Assembly: GCF_009914755.1 (NCBI RefSeq)
Contig: NC_060928.1
Strand: one strand, 5' to 3'
Source of the DNA: the human T2T-CHM13v2.0 reference genome, Homo sapiens
DNA length: 64,000 bases
Shown here in pieces: positions 51,113-64,000 of the stretch (positions are counted from its first letter, which is position 1; each line of letters opens with the position of its first letter). Under the pieces are notes generated by a model. It saw only the letters and a program-made list of their open reading frames with translations. It was not told the DNA's origin and did no database searches. The position numbers and the translations under genes were made by a program.

Positions 51113-52219
51113 TGACATATTTAAAAAATAGTTAAGGACTAAAGAATTCAGGCAGTTGATTCTTTTACAGGCTAAAATAAAAAAAAATGCCCAATCTCAT
51201 TTGTAAAACACAGAAACATAAATGTATACAAATCAATAACATTACTCATTTGATAAATAGACAATTTTTAAGTAAATAATAATAGTGGGTGGTATTTAAC
51301 ACACAGAGAAATGGATGTACTTTCACATACTATTGACAGCACTATAAACTATTTGGAAATCAGGCAGTATACAATATAACCTTTTGAATTCCACTTATAG
51401 AAATTTATTTTAGGGAAATAATTGTAGATATGTACAAAGATAAGAGGTGTGATTACAACAACAAAAATTACAGCGGAAAGGCATGACAATAGAAAAAGAT
51501 TTGTAAAAAGATTATGATAAGCAGCTCAATGGAATATGTAGTTATTTATGATGATATAAAGAGAATATGTGACAATGACAAAGTGCTATTTTCATCACAG
51601 TATTGTAATAATGGCATTTGCAATAATGTCGTAATATATATTGAATAGAAAAGGTTATAAAGAGTATACATAAAATCTTATTTTGGTAAAAAGTTATGTA
51701 TATGCAAAGGTTATATAAAGAGTAATATAACAAATGATTATTTCTTATTTTTACCTGCGTTTCAACATTTTCTGTAGAGATATTTTTTATAAGAAAAAAT
51801 TGGTTACATATATTCAAAAATAGCAAGTGAGAAAAAGAGGTCCGAAAAACTTCTACCAGAAAGTGCATATGAATATCTCTTAATGTTTTTATATACAAAT
51901 TAGGCAATATAGCACCTCTGTCTATTTAAGATATATTGCTTAAACTTAGTGTGATACTAAAAATGGAAGTCAGGTTGGGTAGTGGGAAAGAGCAATAGTG
52001 CATGAGGGTATATAAAGGGACTTTTTGCTCAAGTAAAAGACTCTATAAAAAAAATCCTGAACAGGAAGCCAATGAAATAGTCTTTATCCTAGTTGTACTC
52101 TCAATTGCAATTTATTTGCTCAGAAGATGGAGGTTTTTGTTGGATGTGTGTTTGTGTCTGTGTTAAGAGATTAAAACTCAATATTATGGTTTATAAAAGA
52201 AAAACAATAATACATGTTA

Positions 52220-52525
<306 letters not shown>

Positions 52526-52758
52526 TTATGTGGTAAGTCTATACAGTACTTAAAGTTCTAAATGATATTGATAAGGCACAGTATGTAACACAAATTCTAG
52601 CAAAAAACCCACATATCAGGAAAATAAAATCAAAATATGTGTGTCAGTATATTACCTTCTGAATAATCTTTAATAGGATACAATGTTCTATCTTCAGAGA
52701 GTTGATTTAATTTGTTATGTACTTTCATTATATTGAAAGTTCTACAATACAGACACAA

Positions 52759-53539
<781 letters not shown>

Positions 53540-53768
53540 TAACTAATACTATTTTAAAAAGAAAACAATTTATTTAATGTCCTTAGTACACTGGCTTAGC
53601 TTTGGCAAGTAATTCTTTTCATTTTTAATATTCAATAAAAATAACTGACCAAAAACTTTCACTGCCATGTTGCCATACAATCCAGGCTTATTAATGTAGT
53701 CCAGTGTGCTATGCCTATTATATTTTTTAAATGATTGAGATGACTGATAAGGAATGCTTTCTTATTTA

Positions 53769-53978
<210 letters not shown>

Positions 53979-54175
53979 TTAGTTTACCAGAAATAAAAGT
54001 GCTCTAAAATACAGGAAATGGAACACAAGTTCACTAGCATTCTTTGATCCCTCTTCCAAGTATTTTTCTCACTTTCATATATACTTTCTCACATAAGTAC
54101 AATGTATTTTTCACCCTGTTCAAATCCTCACCAAATAGTAATCATTCACAGCAACCAGGCTCACCATGTTTTATA

Positions 54176-54355
54176 ACAATGGTTCTCAAAGTACAGTCCC
54201 CAAACAACGGCATAGTAAAGAAACTGGTTAGAAATACAAATTCTCAGCCTCACCCTTGACCTGTGAATCAGAAACTTTGGGGGATAACGCCCAGCAATTA
54301 GTTGGGAAAAGTCCCGAAGTCATTCTAATACATGCTAATGTTTGAGAACCACTAC
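54176..54355. mobile_element. MER5A hAT element
   Basis: caatggttctcaaagt...tttgagaaccact inverted ends. Confidence 0.8.
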
Positions 54356-54793
54356 TTTAAAGAATGGGAATGCCCCTTAAGAGTGGAGAATATAAAACAA
54401 TTACAATATATTAATACCATGGAATATCATGCAGCTGTTAAAAAATGAAGCAGAGATCTATATAAACTGATTAGAATAGGCAAGATATACTGTTAAGTAA
54501 ACAAAGTGATTCACAGACCAATTTGTATTAAATGGTGTTAGGTTTTGAAAAAATGGTTTGTAGCACAGAAAAATAGAATAAGATTCACAAAAATATTTTA
54601 ACCCTCAAAGGGAGGGGATTAAGATTGAGGAAAAAAAAATAAAAAAGAACTCACAATTTTTATCTCTATATGCCTGGGAATTAAATTCATGCATTTTTTT
54701 TAAACAAAAATTTAAAGACTGGAAGAATATATTCCAAAAGTACCAGTAATTTATCTCTGGGAGTTAGCTTATAGGTAAGTTTTTATTTTCTAA

Positions 54794-55826
<1,033 letters not shown>

Positions 55827-55864
55827 CAAGCAACATATTTATTCATTCAAAATATAATGTCCCT

Positions 55865-56447
55865 TGGTTCCTCAAAAAGGTAAACTGAACTACCATATGA
55901 TGCCACAATTCCACTCCAAGGTATATACCCAAAGGAACTGAAAGCAAAGACTCAAACAGATACTGTGTGTCAATGTTCTTTGCAGCACTCTTCCAATAGC
56001 CAGATGGTGGAAACAACCTACGTGCCCATCAACTGATGAATTATAAAAATATATGGGATATATATATATATATATATAATGGAATATTATTCAGCCATAA
56101 AAAGAAATGAAGAAGTGGCATATCCTACAACATGGATGAAAAACTAAAAACAGTATGTTAAGTAAAAGAAGCCAGAAACAAAAGGCTATATACTATATGA
56201 TTCTGTAAGAAAAATCCAGTATTGCTAAATCCACAGAGACAGAAAGCAGATTAGTGGCTGCCAGAGGTTGGTGGGGAGGGAAAAAACGGGGGATGATTGC
56301 TTAACAGATAGAGAGGTGGGTGATGAAAATGTTCTGGAACTATATAGTGGTGATGGTTGTACACCACTGTGAATTTCTAAATGTAATTGACTTGTACAAT
56401 TTTAAATGGTGAATTTTACGTTATGTGAATTTTATTCCAATAAAAAA
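55865..56447 (+). mobile_element. L1MB-like 3' end
   Basis: ggtgatgaaaatgttctggaacta...gtggtgatggttgtac...caataaaaaa. Confidence 0.8.
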
Positions 56448-56685
56448 GTTAAGTTCCTTTCAGGACTCCTAACTACTCGAATTCCAGTTGCCTTTCCTAT
56501 TATTAGTTTGGTGCACACCTTACGAGATTTTTCCTTTAAATTTACATGCTAATCTAATCTATGGAGATGGTTTTTTCATTCAATATTATTTTATTCCATT
56601 AATCAATGTTTTAGACATCTTTCCATATTAATAAAGAGTCCCCTTTATTCTTTTAGGTGCTGTATTATATTCCATTAATGCTTTA

Positions 56686-56923
56686 GAGTTGACCCTTGAA
56701 CAACATGGGTCTGAACTTCATGCATCTACTTAGATGCAATTTTTTTTTCAACCAAATGTGGATTGAAAATACTGTATTCGTGGGATGCAAACCCGTGTAC
56801 ACAGAGGGCTGGCTTTTCATATATATGGATTCCACAGAACCCACTGTGGGACTTGAGTATATGTAGATTTTGGTATACGAAGGATACTGGAACCAATCCC
56901 TCAAATATACTAAAGGATGGCTG
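56686..56923. mobile_element. MER8-like Tigger MITE
   Basis: gttgacccttgaacaacatggg...ggatggctg|TA, about 240 bp. Confidence 0.75.
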
Positions 56924-57878
56924 TATACAGAAACACAGCAGTATTTTTAGCTATCTCCTTATTAATGCTTATTTAGACTGTTGCAAATTATTGGCTGTGA
57001 CTCTCCTGGAATGAATATTCCTGCATTTGCTTCTTTGTGCTCATGTATGAAGGATCTGAAGAGTAGATACCAAAAGTAAAAGAGGTATATTATAGGATGT
57101 GCACATTTAAAACGTTAAAAAAACTGTCAAATGGATCTCTAAACTGGCTCTACCATTTCATATATGTATTTGCAGTCCATCAAAGAACCATAGTCCCAAT
57201 CCCTCACATACATTTGATATGTCATTTCTCTTCCCCATTGCTTCATGTTATTTTATGGAAAAACAATCAGTGGAAAATACATCTTTTCCACTGATGTGGA
57301 AAAGGACTCTTGCCCTGCCTTTTACTCACTCTTCTTTGAGGAGGAGTAAGTATCTGACTAGCAGTGACATTCACAGGACCCTAGTTCTCCACTAAGTTAG
57401 TCTCTCAAACACTTACCATCTGTCATTTTATCGATGCCCTGTAACTCCTAAAGTATCATACTGTTGTATTTACTATCTGGATTTCTTCCTTCATGAATAG
57501 CCTATTCATCACCTTTCCCCATTTTTCCCTTGGACTTCTGTCTTTTTCTTATTAATTTATACACATTCTTTATAAATTCTGGATATTAATTTTTATGTTA
57601 GGCTGCCTCCTTTAAAAATTTTTTATTTAGGTCTTTAATCAATCTGGTATTGTTTTGTTGAATGATTTCAGAAATGGAAATGATTATTTTATTTCTTCCA
57701 AATTGTGATTTATTTGTCCCAAAAGCAGGTATTAAATAGGTTATCTTTTTATGTTGATTAGAAATCTTTACCATTTATTAAATTTCCACACACATATCAA
57801 ACACCGGTTTTCTATTATTCCTATAATATGTAAAAATGATTTAAAAAATAGAAAACACTCTCTCTGCCTTTAAGGAGC

Positions 57879-60440
57879 TTTTTTTGTTTTTGTTTTTGTT
57901 TTATTTTTGACAGAGTCTCACTCTGTCACCTAGGCTGGAGTACAGTGGCGCAATCTTGGCTCACCGCAACCTCTACCATTGGTTCAAGTGATTCTCATGC
58001 CTCAGCCACACAGGTAGCTGGAATGACAGGTGTGCACACAACCACACCTGGCTAATTTATTTGTATTTTTAGTAGGAACAGGGTTTCGCCATGTTGGCCA
58101 CACTGGTCTCGAACTCCTGGCCTCAAGAGATCTGCCTACCTCAGCCTCTCAAAGTGCTGGGATTACAGGTGTAAGCCACTGGGCACATACTGCTAAGCAA
58201 AAGGGGCCAATCTAAAGACTTCATACTATATAACTAGATGACATTCTGGAAAAGGCAAAACTATGGAGACAATAAAAAGGTCAGTGGCTGCCAGGGATTG
58301 TGGGGTGCAAAGAAGACAGGATAAACAGGTGAAGCACAGAGGATTGTACAGTATCATAGGAATAATAGTGTAATGTGAATCCATGTCATTACACATTTGT
58401 CAAAACTTGTAGAATGTACCAAATAGTGAACCCTAATGTAAACTATAAACTTTAAGTTAATAGTAATGTGTCAATATTGGCTCATCAGTTGTAACAAATG
58501 AAATACATTAATGCAAGATGTTAAAAATATCACTTGTCAGGAATAAGAAAAAAAAAATTGTTGGGGGTGGGGAGTGAGAGGTATCTAATAAGTCTATAAT
58601 TTTTGCTCATTTTTTTGTAAACTAAAATTGCTTACAGAAATCTATTAGTTAAAAAAACCAATACAGCCAATACAGCAAAAGACTAAAAAGAATATACAAA
58701 TAAAATAAAAATGACAACAAAATTCAACTATTATATCATATCAAAGATATAGCATACTTCTGTAAATTAACTAGATATTTAAATACAAAAATTTCAGATT
58801 GAATCACGAACGATATCAGAAACATAATAAAATAATTCAGAAAAGCTGAAAACAGAAGGATGAGCCAATGCAGATTGGGAAAATATAAATAAAAAGATAA
58901 AACTTAGTCAAAAATATTAAGCAAGACTAAAACAATGATATTTTATAATGCTATAATGTGTAATTTACCACAAGAGTATTATACTTGTGAATATCTATGC
59001 ACCAAATAACTTAGGAGCAACATTCATTAGATAAAAATCACTTGAAATATAAAATGAAATAAATGGAAACACATTAGTAGGAAGAAGCCTTCACTCATTT
59101 CAATGAAGTGAATAAAAATTGTTAAGTATATAGAAAACCTAAATAAAAAACCTGATAACCGATACATAACAATGCCAAAATATTTTATAATTTATTAATT
59201 AAAAGTATGTACTAGCTTACTGTAGACAGACTAATAGGAAAAAATGTATACAAACAGACTCAAATCTATAAACCATGATAAATTCCACAGATTTACATGT
59301 AAAAAAATCAAATATTTAAATGTATAAAGCATCAAATAAAAGTCCTAGAATGCTGGCCAGGCACAGTCTCATGTCAGTAATCCCAGCTCTTTGGGAGGCC
59401 AAGGCGGGAGGATTGTTTCAGGCCAGGAGTTTGAGATCAACCTGGGCACCAAAATTAGACTCCGTCTCCACCAAAATAAAAAAAAAAGAAAGAAAAAAAA
59501 TACTAGAAAAACTGAAAAAAAATTTGGTAATCTTAGAAAGAACAAGGCTGTTCTGAGTAACTATCAAAGCTCAGATAAATATGATAACAATAAAAGATAA
59601 ACAAAAATAAACTATATACTTCAGCATGGCAAAACCACACACACACACACACACAAAACATAAATGACCAGCAGAGAAAAAATAGTTGCAATTCATGTAA
59701 CCACCAGGGCAAATATCTCTCACTTTTAAGAGTTTTTACTAATTTATAAAAGACCAACGACTAAATTAAAAAAAAAAGGGGGGGACCAAAGATATAAAGA
59801 GAAAATTCACAGACAAGGAAGTTCAAATGAAACTTACATTTGAAAAGATGTGCTTACCTTTACCTATCATAAGAGCTAGACAAACTAACAGCCCAAACAG
59901 ATATACTATTTTTTACCTTGTTAGATTGGAAAAACTCAAAAAGTTTGATGAGAAAAGTTTAGCAAGGCTGTGGAGAAAATGGGGTTCAGACATTCTTTCT
60001 GAAAGTGTAAACCAGTACAACCTCCAGGAGAACAATAACCAAATTACAAATGCAACTTATAAAAATGCAGTTGACCAAGCAATTATACTTATTACAGATA
60101 TATACACATACGAAAGTCACTTTATATAAAAAGTTATTCATTGCAGCATCATTTGTAATGTCAATCAATGTCCAGCAGGTAGGAAACTTGTTGAGTTGTG
60201 GTATTCTACATAATGGAATACTAACTAGCTATAAAATAAGAAAAAAAGAAAGCCCTTCATGTATTATTATTTAAAAAATTTCCCAGATTTATTATTGACC
60301 AAAAATAAACAAGGTGGAAAAATCTGTGTACACTATACTAACAAATGTAGTTAACTGTAAGGAGGAAGACAATATATTTATTTTTGCTTAAGCATATACT
60401 AGAAATATATGAAAGAAGACAAGAGTGGATGGGGACAGAT
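57879..60440. mobile_element. AluS (57879-58183 -), L1MC-like 3' end (about 58200-58635 +), old L1ME fragments and an Alu monomer (59355-59500 +)
   Basis: L1MC motif gacattctggaaaaggcaaaactatggagac; degenerate L1 phrases. Confidence 0.7.
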
Positions 60441-60475
60441 GTAAGCAAGACTTTTTACTGCATATCATCATACTT

Positions 60476-61065
<590 letters not shown>

Positions 61066-61250
61066 TCTTCAAATATTTTATATACTTGTTTATTTCTGAA
61101 CCATATGAATATCTATTCAAATTAAGTTCCTTTTATAAGGTATTACAATATTAGGATATTATGTTGCAATATTAGCTTATTATAGTATTTTCTTAAAAGT
61201 TATTACAAAAGGGACCTGGGTTTTAAAATGTCAGGAAAAGATGTACATAC

Positions 61251-61371
61251 TGAGTTTCCTTTGTTTCTTTTTCCTCACTAATCCACACATCAGTAATAGT
61301 GCATGGCAAGCTCTCATCTTTGTTTGTTCCACTTGGCTCTTGTAGAATTTCTGTTTCCAAATCATCAGGTT
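61251..61371 (-). CDS. NEK1: NEK1 internal coding exon (121 bp), (E)[39 protein letters not shown](Q)
   Basis: Acceptor tttgcag|AACCT and donor CTCA|gtatgt on the minus strand; peptide recognised as NEK1 C-terminal region; phase joins the next exon. Upstream exons lie outside the window. Confidence 0.96.
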
Positions 61372-61908
61372 CTGCAAAGGATAAACGTAACGAGAGACAT
61401 CTCAAAGCAAAATTTGTCAAGAGAATATTGAATAAACTTGCTATAAATTATTGCTACCTAGTTTTAGGGTAATATATTCATTAAAACAGAAAAATTAAGT
61501 ATTCTCTCTATAGGGTTTAACTCTTATTGTGAAGTCTTTAGTTCAGTTATTTCTGAAACGACAGACTACTTCTTTTGCCTTTTACTGTAATAAAAATGCT
61601 CAAAGGTAATATGGTATACTCTATATTTTTCACCATTATGTAAAATTTTCTCTTCAATTAAAATTTTAGTAATATGTAAATTCATTTAGGGAAGGTATAA
61701 AAACAGTTTAAAGAATAAAGATATTTGTGGTTAGAAATATGGAAGAATAGACTGTGATATTACTGATTAGTGACTAAAATAAAATTTCAATCTTCAAAAT
61801 CTATCTTTTAATAGTCAAAAAAGAAAAACTATTACCAGGACTTTCACAATGATATTGAGAACATAATTGAATGGCACTAAAAATCTATTTTCTTAGACAC
61901 TCAAATAG

Positions 61909-62218
61909 TTTTTTTTTTTTTTTTTTTTTTTGAGACAGGGTTTCACTCCCATCGCCCAGGCTGGAGTGCAGTGGTGTGCTCTTGGCTCACTCACTACAAC
62001 CTACACCTCCCGGGCTCAAGTGATCCTCCTGCCTCAGCCTCCTGAGTAGCTGGAACTATAGGCACACACTACCACACCAGGCTAATTTTTGTATTTTTAG
62101 TAGAGATGGGGCTTCACCATGTTGGCCAGGCTGGTCTGAAACTCCCGACCTCAAGTGATCCACCTGCCTCAGCCTCTCAATGTGCTGGGATTACAGGCGT
62201 GAGCCACCACGCCTGGCC
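61909..62218 (-). mobile_element. Alu (J/S)
   Basis: Alu consensus with poly-T. Confidence 0.9.
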
Positions 62219-62765
62219 TGACCCTCAATTAACATCAAGATGTTACCTCTGTTTTCTGGCAGTGGCTCATTTTTCACCTGGCTAATATTTTCCAAAAGTG
62301 AACAGCGATGAGGAGAGTATTTGTTAACTTCTCTTTTTCCTTTCCAATTAAGATTATCAATAATATCCTGTTTAAGCCAACACTATCCCTCTTACTTCCC
62401 CTGGAATACAGACATACTTCTCCATTTTTAAAGCTTCCAATTATCTGTCTTATTTGGAAAGACAACTGATATTGTACTAATCTTTAAGTTTTTATCTTTT
62501 ATTCAAATGATTATTTTGGTCATTCATTCAAGGTAAGCACTTGGGGGCAAAATCCTTTTTTATTTTTTAATGAATAATTCTGTTTCCTAGTACTTTAAGC
62601 TGTATCATTATCAACTTATTCTATAAACTTGACTTATGACTGCATTACCTGCAAAGCCTAGAATATTTATTCTCTGGTCTATCAACTCCTGCACTAGGCT
62701 ATACAGCTTCCATAGTATGCCTAACACTATTTTCTTTTCTTTTTTAAAGAAAAGGCATAAGATAC

Positions 62766-63126
62766 TGTTTTAGTTCAGGCTACTATAACAGAGTATCATA
62801 GACTGGGTGGTGTAAATAATAGAAACTTATTTCTCAGAGTTCTGGAGGCTGAAGGATCCAATGTCAGGGTGCCAGCACGGTTGGTTCTAGAGGGCCCTCT
62901 TCCTGTTTTGCAGATAACCTTTTCCTCCTTGTATCCGTATGTGGTAGAAAGCAGAAAGCTCTCTGGCCTATTCTTATAAGGGCACCAATCCCATTAATGA
63001 GGGCGCCACTCTCATAACCTAATTACTTTGCAAAGACTCCACTTCCAATACCATTACATCAGGGATTAGATTTCAACATATGATTTTTTTGGGGGGTAGG
63101 GAGGGGAACAAACTTTCGTTCCATAA
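62766..63126 (-). mobile_element. MaLR solo LTR (MLT1A-like)
   Basis: tgttttagttcaggctactataaca...ttccataa; reverse orientation of the 14282 element type. Confidence 0.8.
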
Positions 63127-63171
63127 TGATACTAGTAACTATGTTCTAATGAATAAGATTATTTAAGTTAC

Positions 63172-63977
63172 TGTGGTGAATTAAGGATGGTCACATTTTG
63201 CAGGGTTTCTGGTTTTCCTCTCAACTAGAGGGAGCTCTGTTTCTCCTCCTCTTTAATTTCAGCTGGCATGGTGATTCCCTTGAGTAATGGAAGACAGTGA
63301 AAGTGATGCTATGCCAGTTCCAGGCTGAGCCTTTAAGAGAACTGGGAACTTCTATTTGATATCTGGAAGCCCAAGCCATCATGAAAATAGTTTATTCTTA
63401 AAGACCACATTGCAATGCCATGAGACTAAAATGAAGGAGAGGGACCCGAATAAGCCCTGCCAATATGCCAGGCATGGGAGTGACGTCATTTTGCGTCTTC
63501 CAAAAAAGCCCAGCTGATGGCTGAATACCACTGAGCAATACCAGTTGATGCTACATGGAGCAGAAGAACCTCCAAATTCCTGACTCAAAAAATTGTGAGA
63601 TAACATAAAATAAAAATAAAAATTGTTTTTTATTTTGGAGACAAGTTCTCACTCTGTCACCCAGGCTGGCATGCTCATGGCTCACTGCAGCCTCAAACTC
63701 TTGGGCTCAAGTGATTCTCCCACCTCAGCCTCCCTAGCAGCTGGGATTACAGGCATGCACCACCACATGTGACTAATTTTCATATTTTCAGTAGAGAAGG
63801 GGTATTGCCATGTTGCCCAGGCTGGTCTTGAACTCCTGGGCTCAAGCGATATGCCAGCCTTGGCTTCCCAAAGTGCCGGGATTACAGGTGTGAGCCACTG
63901 AGCCTGGCCTAAAATTGTTATTTTAAGCTACTAAGTTTTAGGAGTAATTTGTTTTGCAGCAATAGATAATTGAAGCA
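63172..63977 (+). mobile_element. Old MLT1 LTR interrupted by AluJ (63625-63909 -)
   Basis: MLT1 3' end ttttaagctactaagttttagg...gcagcaatagataa; TSD aaaattgtt. Confidence 0.75.
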
Positions 63978-64000
63978 GAATTACATATCCGGAAGCAAGG

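Overview
Human or closely related primate genomic DNA, AT-rich and very repeat-dense (about 40 Alus, L1s, MaLR/ERV1 LTRs, Tigger/MER DNA transposons). The only intact gene is the 3' end of NEK1 (NIMA-related kinase 1) on the minus strand: eight coding exons (61371 down to the stop codon at 22213; 1097 coding nt, all phases checked by hand), one GC-AG intron, and a 3'UTR with several poly(A) signals. The main hunt result is on the + strand. Several non-repeat islands (about 1778-2350, 11581-12060, 19590-19707, 21079-21250, 21630-21850, 25290-25620) translate, through stops and frameshifts, into motifs resembling extended Tudor (Tudor-SN) domains, and the strongest ones lie in the expected order. 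This suggests a decayed multi-Tudor gene (TDRD1/6/15-like) convergent with NEK1, overlapping its 3'UTR and last intron in antisense and split by a near full-length L1MA. That call rests on motif recognition by eye and needs HMM/tBLASTn confirmation. Other oddities: a 191-bp tandem duplication ending at a NEK1 splice donor, a local inverted copy of a Tigger3 piece with microduplication scars, nested insertions, and an ancient RTE-X/L4-like reverse transcriptase fossil. Repeat subfamily names are from memory of consensus sequences, and repeat boundaries are approximate.
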